From positions 14,732 to 78,731 of IMG/VR virus record IMGVR_UViG_3300029923_000015: a DNA stretch of 64,000 bases; one strand, written 5' to 3'. Positions within the stretch are counted from its first letter, which is position 1; each line of letters opens with the position of its first letter. The notes under the pieces were generated by a model. It was not told the origin of the DNA. It worked only from the letters and a program-made list of their open reading frames with translations, and searched no databases. Origin of the DNA: a virus. A program made the position numbers and the translations under genes. Of this stretch, positions 42,701 through 50,657 are shown piece by piece.

Positions 42701-44409
42701 AAGCGATAGATCAGGTATTTAGAAATAGATGGTATGATGATAAAATAGTTCCTTCTACTTATATACATAAGAATCTAGGTACGTTTACAGATATAGGCGG
42801 TATGAGAATACCTGATACTTATAATGCCCCATCAATTCCTTCTAGGGCTGAGTACATTAAAGGTAAGACTCATGAGGTAGTATTTATTCAATCTGATGCT
42901 AAAAACATAGGAATGGATGACATGAAAAACCCTATATTCAGGCCATATGTTAAAGTAGCCTATGATGCTGGTAGTGAAGGTAAATTCTATGTATTATACA
43001 AACAAGTTGGTACCGTTACTGATGAAGATGGTAAAATTAAACCAGTATATACTGCTACTGACAAGTCTAGTGAGAAAGTATCAGGCAGATCTATAGTTGA
43101 ATTAGGTTTAGATAAGTCTATTGTTCCATCTAATACACTTAGAGAAAATGGTACTATACCGAATTTCTTATTTACCTCTAATGAAATGTTTACTAGCGCT
43201 ATTCAACAATTAGTTGCAGCGTATAATAATGATCCTAGATTTCAATCTGCTAGAGTTTCAAAAGATTCTGCAGATGCATTTTCTACTTTTAGACCACTTG
43301 ATGAGCAAATAGAAGATGGTGAAGTATATGAAGATCAATATGATGAAGATATGATGGAAGCAAATCCAATTGAGGATTTAAGGAATCAAATAAAAGAATA
43401 CCTAGAAGTAGCAGAGAATACCAAAGATTATGAATCTGCTGCTAATTCATTAAATGATGACTTATCTGAACAAGGATATTCTGACGCTCAAATAGATGCT
43501 TCTATGTACGAGTTTTCTAGATTACTATCTAACTCTCAACTTACAAAAAATAATACTACAGAAGAGCTTAAAACAAGCGTAGAAGCCTATTCTAAGGTAG
43601 TTATGGATACTTTATTAGATAATAACGTTTCTACAGACTATTTTAATGAGGCTGTTACTACCCCGACTAAGGTTACAACAGAAGCTGCCCCAGAAACGTT
43701 ATTAACAGATATGAAAGATATAACGAATCACTCCGGAGGAGCTATCGGTGCTGATAGTATGTTTGATACTATAGGCAGAGAATATGGAGTAATAAATCAT
43801 ATTCATTATTACCATGGATCTAAAACTCCGCTTGGCAATAGGGTATTGACACAATCAGAGCTAGAAGAAGGATGGTCTGAGGTTCAAAAAGCAAATACCC
43901 TCTTACATAGAAGGCCAGATGCATATAAAGATCTACTTAGTCGCAATTGGTTTCAGGTTAAAAATAGTACTCAGGTGGTTGCAATAGCACCTATAGAAAA
44001 TAATATGAAAACTGTTAAAGGCGGAACTGGGTGGGCCGTAGCAATGGCCCAAGTTAATGGAAAAGAAGTTAATGTTTTCAATCTTACAGATAACCTATGG
44101 TATAAATGGAATGGTGATACTTTCGTTAAGTCAGCAACCCCAATACTAGAAAAAGATTTTGCAGGAATAGGTAGTAGACAAGATGCTGGTAAAATGACTT
44201 TAGAGTCCATACAGGCAATTAGAGATGTATATGAAAATACTAAAAATTCTATTGAAAATAAACCAATTTCTTCTGTATCTATTTCAGAACAGGAATTATC
44301 TACTATAAATAAAACATTTCAAGATGCTGGGTTCCCAGCTATGACTATGGAAGAATATAATAATCTATCAGACGAAGACAAAGATAACTTAAAACCCTGC
44401 TTTTCATAA
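30709..44409 (+). CDS. Virion-packaged DNA-dependent RNA polymerase polyprotein
   Basis: 4566 aa. Catalytic GSDFDIDKLY (DFDIDK at 40861-40878) is preceded by GYRIPTQ. It also has a zincin HEAWH at 36295-36309 and a C-terminal SLOG-like domain. Confidence 0.9.
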   Translation: MPTNKQNRALAPKSFTDKLRVENTIGGLVSSSSALSESVDELKQSTGVVDRTPSQIQDDNESVFDKVTDAVSWITPSTKNSLKVVDWLSGSRITLANDLDRTKVDTDNGDLKMLQNKSDAVDYIQNIAPLEPLWPEVLRQVNLWKNRPMSERKSEDVKTSAPEPISKKNPFSDLNKFVSSTYGRQTTTEKLLSEKKQIEDRNSPIDKNGNVKNWVSDQHKAEVLAGNYKPSDDNTLKGSNVYKYLSDYEKSVADQTKFPFVEFGGDLPGIGDMPPYLRAAYIKHSGALRYYEQARKQMGGKDAFKNTFENTVYNYTPDQSVNKQKQLPSTWDLEKHINEIDYGNSDSFNSYKKTAVDYSKRVNAEIVDYRKSLLARSQPSEYYKQKMEEGNLLYTTPGTIGSSSSEALSQWGSMAAEITIAAIPSILKMPSLQPIADIVAAGVNVMMNVHQRNKEDLAEVEQQGNTKIDNTIKAAYGKTIEDFTDQELLAKVPYDKSNLTFMANAKGEFKRDGKLSENTKYDLTRGIRNGTYKTNDPVINEAIKSERKGLQEYWDRDQAFMLGDIVTSASVAIPGASFIKSSFSRLAKNAVEETSERMVGKLLSGESRAVRGLKTITDATRMAYDKSLGRFSKSKAAPYLSLAAIHTINAGSEYLEEGGQYVNGQNYIYDNQVENTKYMNSLIDGYAGGLTGVAQVLGLSNDNRYINRDDFQRNAVPGFVLGMIMPLPFTAMHVNSKIQEQVKDKQARKFVESQILPSVKKDFIDGSIISDLDSNTRMIKSQAYVNSAIQGRGAHVISNIEKMIANPPEGTTREQLQEELEIAKETIGIAESKQVKKFAKTDADLEGTEQYGSNNHKLLVGLIMDHRRSRSLSETAVAETNSTVVNTERKDFAANPVLGEYFKTINAKRQEEGKPVIDTIQQIKLVGLDNRLNSIAIAIKTKNASNDNEKAQGVDGYLSDSSKHFMHELLQDQKSTAAQIFKIKSDYEITDEEYNDLPDAILSNDHNAALNKNVVAQAGIRYDSYMEAGLLGYKTKATNTGYSLEKMSDSSHENFVLKHLNKYKDSRDIETTNEDSRLQKEVDDANYEENHDNAESQGVSHPGERVEPSEKVAPEPIYTDDAANDLAMTFPPTDDTNPPVISETNEERESKFNQEAIDRETRRAGQEAQAEAFKIAQEKDKVQAKTLPSDDIKTPSEESNSEQSENTEAIDSEEQEILKGDIESLEQSMQDLIHSEEDVASPTQEEGSESVEVAEKKDEVKDIEEAGGFVSSFRVNRLFFGVMSDELAKSVRKLSTGGFKSSKQLGEMLRSENALSDCEFEIYVTPDNNGIFAIGSKSTYDYANILVKITKRSGDHSGDYLSVVRDPRVLLKDSDATPTGDDTTDLSKFRENIINLVPLTMTKSDGKTTKTRKIVATSIKLVDGIINTLRDKTNPIIHVQRKLEEIPGFNLPRLGDGKVNWNLVNTKTINLLYGGGETNYNDLLTPGGSASGFSTRETNAGNAYLLVPGNVSKSPKRVHVNMKQFSREDPSVVNFIIGLLTGDGRTYINTKGKLTDSGISAFDMINKIVNFGPTTEVGENRTAEQRIFLTPKQFYVDSKFGFIQLGENKMNLDELRTESGITKLREFVTSNLHWNLDKNDLVNTSENVIGEKDNKIKDLFPSLSRVFNDETNSITSATFAEGLTISKDDMELTWAAWLLKNGKITSDAIDDIFTPPFMHLEAFKVIDNEDNAIVSTNGGELLKTPPVNPQLLSSVIDSVSDKDIDVPIKKETGKTPTFADLKRKKRNLPKGPSALSILKEDIKERVNFAVESKWIVSKLGMEIEDIHELDRVLTLAGDRQAMGAMYEDSIAIWKGSEEGTGYHEAWHRISLLMFSRAERVKVYQIVRDSVKSMKNADSNSVEEYLAERFRQWKLDNESINDHYGIKRFFRIVANFTNKLLGLSPKSLDRLFKDVELGVFKGHSINQNSLREFKDKYGDAAPYGITELNLNNIQTYTQLFEIRDALLYTLFRVNGVSGIDKNVEDIDFGKLNATIKQSAEEETDPQRKALFEEIHDRFEEVFIPKLKRSLTLMGIREIDEYNATDTSSNQLADEMADHSKASYEISKKDNIRTGVKMFIATMEHSEIKDGELEFIEEPMTGLYKFIPFDVAWNTMISHLSNERTVESMIGKISRLSENNAFYRNLLERISELDEDGNPMLDENFKTQFWNTMFSLRHEFINIGYKEQLQSQNQVESLFNVMDSDVDRATKTLPLAWGQMLSEDENIYPTDANGQKTFNAKYVESIRTEFRDGISNPVNWSKNGIDIATEEGRRQVINKIVSLYSKLGVNIDSETIEYMLSSGNGGPENSIESLMDYLTNRKSGKMYLLFNNILKSLIDNDGSIYKKDRYTKINRKMSTKNIFLGEKFAKNLAAAYIKVHPSPEEVTVLGADGAKLYQISLNNYLSDKVRDINQSPEAIDELLKSTYNRGRLDQGGIGTGSRLLSQLRTGVASKIQLKTFVKLYEEETKDKGRDYLDISPAEDYVMKMAAMSKDYMCLPTMADKKTYMFISGIKLIHEGIIYNRTVVDNPDGTSNNVINIDFGPEAKDQLGEYFIAELYTIRDAWDEYQLQGGDQNKLEKVYHFGGENMNTGKKWSENHGNGLRFRHFGDMVHALSIGGEVKTSNLSLNDYLDAAVLADPKDGLTIALNNLERIFITNKDSDIEQGATTVRNDMINASLTTALYQELEYCKSIGVIQYDGSNTYTLNNKLLDKGDFNKHSSNAKNSVFSNTYGGYENQAATIQMIGEGLVNGIISVNEFEKIISKDPSFYPNPDSKIKRLSSILSTGSNLRTDWPVGHRLSGVTKFNSSELNDNKVGSNQFAELRNRFLASSINSELRKSLKQTIPNLLDLINNKFLPIAERDVGKLSELEELNKQYKKQFAIGSKSVENSFLGYGEKKINETDATVYISPSMYRNIVEMLGEWSPEMEDAFNLLESPDQSWMNDDVKYTSVMNLALKPLKMIYFGDRIDEIRNLDIPKLDKMAMFPLFRALAGGDLSTLYDRMNIDEVATGMRKIDMVAFNSAVKVGNGKTMSFYKDGTQSEINDLSNMAHEEQEYKYLRRQLLTDPHESANINLGTQANKTGLSNILSDKTYSNIDLNGKKGATGAELIAIARESNIALSDLGVNSLSKELGVTTNESGQQEVNEDDLYKLLSEDAENSGMSVDIIEKLSTKDGEKRYPLQGLLDWKWIESRIMATIGKKVIDVQTPGGMFIQMTPFGLKSIMSQQLNEGKISQEDYDKSHKGKHLINNGMPLRFFDDGSMETVISITMFKDVLPKEIKNFSAQKQWLIDNKIIGPNSQASSIGYRIPTQGLSSMSSLKIVDVMPANIGDTIVLPTEFTKLTGSDFDIDKLYIARYNFKKNESGVVEKMKFDDSLSIDGKDSYHSNSKEAVQNRLLDVFMAVLTDPDSTHETRMPLDTVTDELKDNILSDVESLINVSEKTSPFKYLSPSFQSRKKEEYSTGKRGIAPFALGNAHHVLTQTAKLEFNNRGPIRKFEMSSLHDIDGIDGKRILDWLSAMINAHVDVAKDPYITRLNVNQYTYNTVSLLLRTGIGGNSFYFMPQPILKEIANGVRLVDGQYGADKMASAFEKEERVVRSVSRKYMNMAKVAILAEGDVDERKQRLLDGLNKFDKNKHKILDNGHVFDKEYLRTQLASISGTFEHAYNQLLIFETYQELQPFSKSLAELVKYSQIDNKKWGNSLTSIKLFAKNVQAIKELGNKSVFRNVSQFYAETFLNAKLKNALSMSNLVGNGRFFRTTDSVENFINKIASRINSRNVMNEDTVVEIANAVDSLIKSKFYIDLAKENNTDIGGIFFGDNTIAKRLYKIKQKIKDEVSAYALLSNNTFLNNIEPEISEVNIDPYNQRPDHVYVTSSVKNDNYATEIKEYWGELLDSPIPEVKSFAHDFILYQYFSNGENGAFNQVKLGEDVRSDIGFGDFVNNKLEEFKKTQDPFENEQEAIDQVFRNRWYDDKIVPSTYIHKNLGTFTDIGGMRIPDTYNAPSIPSRAEYIKGKTHEVVFIQSDAKNIGMDDMKNPIFRPYVKVAYDAGSEGKFYVLYKQVGTVTDEDGKIKPVYTATDKSSEKVSGRSIVELGLDKSIVPSNTLRENGTIPNFLFTSNEMFTSAIQQLVAAYNNDPRFQSARVSKDSADAFSTFRPLDEQIEDGEVYEDQYDEDMMEANPIEDLRNQIKEYLEVAENTKDYESAANSLNDDLSEQGYSDAQIDASMYEFSRLLSNSQLTKNNTTEELKTSVEAYSKVVMDTLLDNNVSTDYFNEAVTTPTKVTTEAAPETLLTDMKDITNHSGGAIGADSMFDTIGREYGVINHIHYYHGSKTPLGNRVLTQSELEEGWSEVQKANTLLHRRPDAYKDLLSRNWFQVKNSTQVVAIAPIENNMKTVKGGTGWAVAMAQVNGKEVNVFNLTDNLWYKWNGDTFVKSATPILEKDFAGIGSRQDAGKMTLESIQAIRDVYENTKNSIENKPISSVSISEQELSTINKTFQDAGFPAMTMEEYNNLSDEDKDNLKPCFS

Positions 44410-47400
44410 TGAAACATTGTATAAATATTCGCTTGAAAGAGTTTCAGGCACTTACAGAACAAACTAATATGCATCCAATGGTACTTGCTGCCAAGATGGG
44501 TGTATATATGGAAAAGAATAATACTACTGAATGGCCTACATTAGAGCAAATAGAATCTATAATTTTATCTGAAAAATCATTTGACGAACAATTATCTCAA
44601 TATGAAAAAGATTATGAATTATATCAGACAAAATTAAGATTTGACGAAAAGCCTACACACCCAATGTCCGAAGAAGAGGCTGATAGTGAGTTTAATGAGT
44701 TTAGTATTATATTTCCAGAGTCGGCGTTATCTATAGTTCCATTCGAAACACTTAAAACCATAAATGGAGAAACTGCGTATAGAATAGATATTAATTTAGA
44801 TAAGCCAATAAAACCAGTTAAAAGTAAAATAGAGTTATCTAAAGAAGAAGAATTAACTGCTGATCAGATATCTGAAAATGCATTAAAAGAACAAGAGGAA
44901 AAAGATTCCCAATTAAGTATAAACTTACAAAAGAAGAATCAAATATTTGATATGTATGAAGGTACTTCTAAGGCTGAGTCTGCATTAGGAGAAGACAAAC
45001 CAGGTACATTTACTAAAGATGAAACTGAATTAGACAAAAGAACTGAGAAAGAGTTAAAGAAATTAAAAAAGGTCCAACGTAGAACTCAAGCAGTTTTACA
45101 TATGTTAGCTACTAATATAGGTAAAAGAACTGGTGTTAGTTTTAAAGTAGTTACAGATTCTGAGATGCAAGAGATATTTCCATGGTTTCAGTCTGGAGAT
45201 CTTGGAGCATATGATGATACTAGTAATACCGCATATATAGTAAGTAATAATGCAGATGAAACTACTGTTGTTCACGAATTATTTAGTCACCCATTTCTAG
45301 ATTATATAAAATCAGTACTATCCTTAAAGTCTATATATGAAAATCTGCTTTTTGAAGCAAAGGCTACAGAAGGATTAGAAGAAAATGTACGTGAGACATA
45401 TAAATCTGAGAATATTGATGAAGATGCAATGAACGATGAGATCGTTGCAAGAGCTTTAGATATGGCAGTTCAGGGCATTTTGAATGAAGAACGACATAAA
45501 ACACTTATAGATGCCATTAAAGCCTATTTTAAGGCGTTTACAGACACTATTAAGGAGGCTCTGGGCATTCGTTCCGGTCTAGTGTTTACTATCAATGAGA
45601 AGACTACAATTAGCGAATTAGCTAAGTGGGCTTTAAATGGCGAAGGACAAATGAGGGTACTTGGAGACCTAAATGAAAGAGAAAGTATAGTTGAGTCATT
45701 AGATATTATATTTACTGACAAAGGCGAATCTAAATTTGATGAATTATATAAAGGAATGACTATAGATCAGTTTATAGATAGTTTTGATGTTAATTCTAAA
45801 GATTCTGAATTGCTTAAAAATTGGATGTACGAACATAATCCAGCTAATATAGACGATTTAGTTAGGGGGGTATTGTCTGATTTAAATAGAGAGGAGGTAT
45901 TAATAGATAAAAAAGGTTTTGTCTCATTACAAAAGAAAATATTTTGGAAACCAGGAGATATGACTGAAAATGCTATTAAAGCAAAAGAGTTTTATGTCCA
46001 TGGATTAAAATCTAGAGCCGCAATATTAAAGAAAAGTAAGGCTTTAACTAGATCGCAAAGAGATGAATTCGATAAAGTAATTAATGAAATAGAAAATTCG
46101 GACGAAGTGGTTGCGGCAATGAAATTTGTTGAATACGCAATGCAAGAAGGATTGTCTACTGAGAAGGAGTTGAAAGAAATGACAACGAAAATGAAAGTTG
46201 GAGATGATATTGATGCAAATAGATTAATTTCTATTTATAATGACTTTCTTAAAATGTTTGATCAGTCGATTAAGAATATTTCAGTAATAAATAATAACGA
46301 AGATAGTATAATAAATAAATATGCTAGCAAAACTAAACTTAAGGAGTTTAAAGAAAACTTAAATTCAGTAAAGGAAGCATTTCAAAATTTAGATGAATTA
46401 TTTCAGCCATTATTTGAATATAAATACAGGAATAAGCTACAGGAAATAGCAGCTACTGCAGGATCTCCTACTATGGATATGGTAGTTGAGGATTTGTATA
46501 ATTCAGAAAGAGATGTTACCTGGATGTCTACATTTGTAGGGAGCCCATCTATGTCTAGAGTTGAGCAAATCAGAGCGTTAGATTTTTTACTTACTAACAT
46601 AAATAATCAAGTAAGACATGATGTGAGTAATTCTGGATGGATATCTAAATTATCTATATTATCTAAAAAGATGGCTGGTACTAATCCATATGTTAGTTTT
46701 ATGAGTTTTTACGAGCATCACGAAGGTAAAGCTACTGGATTTTTACTGTCTAAACTTAAATATGGCGTCTTCTTAAAGGATTATAATAAATTTATGGACG
46801 AACTCGCTGAAGAGTTTGACCTTAATAATACATATGAATCACCACTAGATCCAGTAGAGTATAAAAAGTTTATAGAGAAAAAGGATAAGTTTTTAGAAGA
46901 ACATGCCGAGAGGATGTTTACTCCAGAATATTATAATTTAAAACACTCATTGTCTCCTATGACTAGTGAAGTTTTAGATGATTCAAATAAGTCGATTCGC
47001 GCCATAACTGATAAATATATAAATGAGTTTGGAGTTCCAGATGCATTTAATATGACGTTAGAGGATAGTGAGAGATTATTTACACTAAGGAAAGAAAAAG
47101 AATTTCTTTCGTCTGATAAATACCAAGGAACTGGACTCCCTAAATTTGGAAGAGATCTGGAGATAGCAAATGAATTAAAATCATATAATGAGAATATGAA
47201 GGGTAAATTAGATTATCACACTAATAAAACCAAATTTAATCAAGCTAAATCTATTATGAAATCTACATTGGCTCCAGAAGAGTATATGAGATGGGTGCAA
47301 GCAAATACTAAAGTAGAATATGAGCAGTCATTTTGGGACGATTTAGCTTCTTTAGAAAAAGAAAATCAAACTCCACAATGGCAAGCTTTATATGATCAAA

Positions 47401-50018
47401 AACAAGCTATATTAAAATCATTCAGAGACACTAATACAATGGAGATTAGAGTTAACCGAATGGAAGCATCTAGAATTGGCCTAAAATCAGTAAAAGAATG
47501 GATTGATAGTGCTGATTCCATGTTAAGCAAATATAAAAATCAATCTAAAAACAAAAATGCTAGACAGTTTGGTAGTATCGCTGACATGGTGAAGACTAAG
47601 GCGTATCTTGCTGAAAATGCAAAATATACTGAAATGGCATTAGGAAATTCTATCGAGCAAAAAATATCTGAAGAATGGTTTGCAGAAAATCATACTGTTA
47701 GAAGTGATGGTGTTTCATTAGTACCTAAAGGATATTGGATGAAAATAGAACCTAAAGATAAATCTTTAATAAAAAGAGACGTCCCTAATGCTTCTTGGTC
47801 TGAGCTAGATGAGAATTCTATCTTCTATAACAACAAGTATGAAAAAGATATGTCTGATTACGGGTTGCAACCTAACAAAATATTATACGATAACTCTTCT
47901 GAATTCAATAAAATGATGAGTTCTTCAGATAAGGCAGAATTCTATAATACTATTATTGAAATGAGGAAAGAAGCTGATTCTATGCTTGATTTTATAGAGA
48001 GGCCAAATCCATTACTTATGCCACAGATATCTGGTAATAGCGTTCGTAGAATGTTTTCTGAGAATAATTTACTAAAAGGTATATGGAATGAAATAAAAGA
48101 CATATTTGCAGTTAGATCAGATGAGTCTGAATATGGTGGAGATGTAGATAAATTATTTAGGCCAGATAGCTCTATAGTAAAAAATATCCCTGTATTTTAT
48201 AGGAAGATGCTTGATAACCCATCTGCTATTTCAAAAGATATGATACATATATATACTTTGTATTATACTATGGCTGCTAATTATAAGAGACAGAATGAAA
48301 ATCATGCTGATGTACAAGTATTATTAGAAGGCCTGAATAGGACTTCCGCCTCAAATAAAACATTGTTTAATAAGATTGGTGGAGCAATAAAAAATAAAGG
48401 TTTAGATAGATCTGATTTAGAGACTACTAAAGCTGGCGAAACTAATATAATTAAACGAGCTAGAGGAATGGTTGATAGGTCTATGTACGGTATAAACTCA
48501 AATAGAATGACGGCCTCCTTGAACTTCGCTGACTGGAGGCGGAGTATAGGAATATTTAAAGTTTTATTACCAAATTCAAATATTAAGATAGATATAGCTA
48601 AACCTTTTAAAAGTATGCTATCTTGGTTTAGAATGATAAACCTTGCATACAATCCACTAGCTATTGTAGCTAATTATGCTACTGCAGAGATAAATATGAA
48701 GATTGAAGCCGAGATTGGATTAAATATGAATGAAAAGGACTTGTGGAATGCAAATATAGAACTAATTAAAATTTTACCTGAAGCATTGATGAGTCTTACT
48801 AGAAGAAGATTTAATAATAAAGTGGTTGCCTTGACTAGATTGTATGGAGTTGCTGGGTCAGAAGCGGAATCTACTAAAGATACATATGGATTACAATTAG
48901 CCCAATTTACAGGAGAACATATAATGTATGGTCCATATACAGCAGGTGACTTCTTAGTTAAATCTAGAATGCTTATAGCAGTATTAAAAGGGTATAAATT
49001 AGATGGAGATACATATGTAAATAGGAATGAATTTATTACTAAATTTATGTCTACAACTCCAGGATCTAACAGAAAGGATGCTATTGAATTTTTTAATGCA
49101 TTACCAACTAATCTATATGACTCATTTATAATTGATAAGAAAAGTGGTCAATTATCAGTAGACCCAAAATACAAAGCGTTTGTTACTCAAGAAGTAATGA
49201 ATAAGTCTAATATGGTTGCAGAAAGATTAGCTGCTAAATTAGATGGTGTTCTCGTATCTTCAGATAGAAATGCTATTAATACAAATGCCATTGCTAGTGC
49301 ATTAATGATGCATAGAGGATGGATGGTTGGTGCTATTCAGGATAGATTTGGTGGCAGGATGTTTAATTATACTAAAGGTATGATGGATGAGGGTCAATAT
49401 CGTACTTTAGCGACTTCTAAGGCAGGTTATCAAGCATTGTTGAACATTCTTACCTTTAACATAATTAAGCCTCTTAGAGAGTCTCTAAATACGTCTGAGA
49501 GCTATAAGGTATATAATATTAAAAGGACTTTAAATGAAGTAAAATATATGGTAATTACCGCAATACTTACTTCGCTATTAAAACCTGATCAGCCTGATAA
49601 AGACAAGGAGAAACCATCTACACAAGAAATGTTATATATAGCCGCAATGAGGGTTCTATACGAACAGAATGCAGTATTTTCTCCGGCAGATGCATTAGGA
49701 ATTTTAAAATCACCTACAGCCGCACAAAATCAATGGGATGTAATGTTCAATATCACAGATGGATTGATGTCTGGGACTTTAGGCACTGAGATACAGAGAG
49801 GAAAATATAAAGGCAAAACTAAAGGAGAGCAGTATGTTACTAAATTGATACCCGGGTACAAGAATATCTATGAAAACTTTCTGCATCCAGATTTACAGGC
49901 TAAGGAATTATACATGAGAAAGAATATTGGATTGATCTTTAGAGCATTAGGTCCAACAGACCCAAATGTTATCAAAAAAAGAAATGCTAGAAAAAAATCA
50001 TCAACAAGGCCACAATAA
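44409..50018 (+). CDS. Large cargo / polyvalent protein
   Basis: 1869 aa, mostly helical, with an HELFSH zincin-like motif at 45273-45290. It is the last gene of the late module. Confidence 0.7.
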   Translation: MKHCINIRLKEFQALTEQTNMHPMVLAAKMGVYMEKNNTTEWPTLEQIESIILSEKSFDEQLSQYEKDYELYQTKLRFDEKPTHPMSEEEADSEFNEFSIIFPESALSIVPFETLKTINGETAYRIDINLDKPIKPVKSKIELSKEEELTADQISENALKEQEEKDSQLSINLQKKNQIFDMYEGTSKAESALGEDKPGTFTKDETELDKRTEKELKKLKKVQRRTQAVLHMLATNIGKRTGVSFKVVTDSEMQEIFPWFQSGDLGAYDDTSNTAYIVSNNADETTVVHELFSHPFLDYIKSVLSLKSIYENLLFEAKATEGLEENVRETYKSENIDEDAMNDEIVARALDMAVQGILNEERHKTLIDAIKAYFKAFTDTIKEALGIRSGLVFTINEKTTISELAKWALNGEGQMRVLGDLNERESIVESLDIIFTDKGESKFDELYKGMTIDQFIDSFDVNSKDSELLKNWMYEHNPANIDDLVRGVLSDLNREEVLIDKKGFVSLQKKIFWKPGDMTENAIKAKEFYVHGLKSRAAILKKSKALTRSQRDEFDKVINEIENSDEVVAAMKFVEYAMQEGLSTEKELKEMTTKMKVGDDIDANRLISIYNDFLKMFDQSIKNISVINNNEDSIINKYASKTKLKEFKENLNSVKEAFQNLDELFQPLFEYKYRNKLQEIAATAGSPTMDMVVEDLYNSERDVTWMSTFVGSPSMSRVEQIRALDFLLTNINNQVRHDVSNSGWISKLSILSKKMAGTNPYVSFMSFYEHHEGKATGFLLSKLKYGVFLKDYNKFMDELAEEFDLNNTYESPLDPVEYKKFIEKKDKFLEEHAERMFTPEYYNLKHSLSPMTSEVLDDSNKSIRAITDKYINEFGVPDAFNMTLEDSERLFTLRKEKEFLSSDKYQGTGLPKFGRDLEIANELKSYNENMKGKLDYHTNKTKFNQAKSIMKSTLAPEEYMRWVQANTKVEYEQSFWDDLASLEKENQTPQWQALYDQKQAILKSFRDTNTMEIRVNRMEASRIGLKSVKEWIDSADSMLSKYKNQSKNKNARQFGSIADMVKTKAYLAENAKYTEMALGNSIEQKISEEWFAENHTVRSDGVSLVPKGYWMKIEPKDKSLIKRDVPNASWSELDENSIFYNNKYEKDMSDYGLQPNKILYDNSSEFNKMMSSSDKAEFYNTIIEMRKEADSMLDFIERPNPLLMPQISGNSVRRMFSENNLLKGIWNEIKDIFAVRSDESEYGGDVDKLFRPDSSIVKNIPVFYRKMLDNPSAISKDMIHIYTLYYTMAANYKRQNENHADVQVLLEGLNRTSASNKTLFNKIGGAIKNKGLDRSDLETTKAGETNIIKRARGMVDRSMYGINSNRMTASLNFADWRRSIGIFKVLLPNSNIKIDIAKPFKSMLSWFRMINLAYNPLAIVANYATAEINMKIEAEIGLNMNEKDLWNANIELIKILPEALMSLTRRRFNNKVVALTRLYGVAGSEAESTKDTYGLQLAQFTGEHIMYGPYTAGDFLVKSRMLIAVLKGYKLDGDTYVNRNEFITKFMSTTPGSNRKDAIEFFNALPTNLYDSFIIDKKSGQLSVDPKYKAFVTQEVMNKSNMVAERLAAKLDGVLVSSDRNAINTNAIASALMMHRGWMVGAIQDRFGGRMFNYTKGMMDEGQYRTLATSKAGYQALLNILTFNIIKPLRESLNTSESYKVYNIKRTLNEVKYMVITAILTSLLKPDQPDKDKEKPSTQEMLYIAAMRVLYEQNAVFSPADALGILKSPTAAQNQWDVMFNITDGLMSGTLGTEIQRGKYKGKTKGEQYVTKLIPGYKNIYENFLHPDLQAKELYMRKNIGLIFRALGPTDPNVIKKRNARKKSSTRPQ

Positions 50019-50064
50019 TTTGGCTCTGTCGCGTTTCGAATAGATAGAGTTGCAAAATAATAAA

Positions 50065-50105
50065 AAAAATGCCATCACCTGCAGTTAGCAAGTAATGGCA
50101 TTTTT
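50065..50105. terminator. Bidirectional terminator between convergent modules
   Basis: AAAAATGCCAT (50065-50075) / ATGGCATTTTT (50095-50105) with A/T tracts on both sides, where the + and - gene blocks meet. Confidence 0.7.
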
Positions 50106-50657
50106 AGTTTCGTCTTTAATCATTATAGCATGCATAATGTCTTCTCTTGTCGGAAGATAATCAACTTCGTATATTTCTTCATTCTCTATTTTCCCTAACG
50201 TCTTATCGCTACGGTATAGTGAGTGAAATAATAATGAGTCAACTCCCTCTTCCCAAAAAGATATTATATCTGCTTTATCATCTCCGCTTATATGTCTATA
50301 GTCCCCATCAAGGATATGTCTATATGACTTTTCCTTTTCATCTGGTATCCTATATGCATAGATTACGTAAAAGACTTTATTTATTTTTACTGTATATTTT
50401 GATTTGAAATTCTCATTTCTTCTTAACTTTGATAATGGTAGATCTAAATCTATTGCTGCTTCGAAAAGTAGGAATATATGTCGATCCAACCATGGCTTAT
50501 TTATATCTATGTTGTATCCATTCACAAAACTGTCGTCTCGCGTCGAATATAGGTTTTTTGCGCCTGTGTAATCTAACCAAGTTTCACCTTTTTCAGCTAC
50601 TAATGGTAATAAAAATAGTAATGAGGAATTCAATGTTTCTTTAAGTACCATGTTCAA
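50085..50657 (-). CDS. Hypothetical protein
   Basis: 190-aa ORF overlapping the stop of the nuclease gene. Confidence 0.7.
   Translation of the reverse strand: MNMVLKETLNSSLLFLLPLVAEKGETWLDYTGAKNLYSTRDDSFVNGYNIDINKPWLDRHIFLLFEAAIDLDLPLSKLRRNENFKSKYTVKINKVFYVIYAYRIPDEKEKSYRHILDGDYRHISGDDKADIISFWEEGVDSLLFHSLYRSDKTLGKIENEEIYEVDYLPTREDIMHAIMIKDETKNAITC

Noticed and set aside
2096-48652. Numerous short - strand ORFs inside the late genes (e.g. 35517-36185, 30045-30440)
   Set aside because: They are antisense shadows of long + strand genes and have no recognisable motifs.
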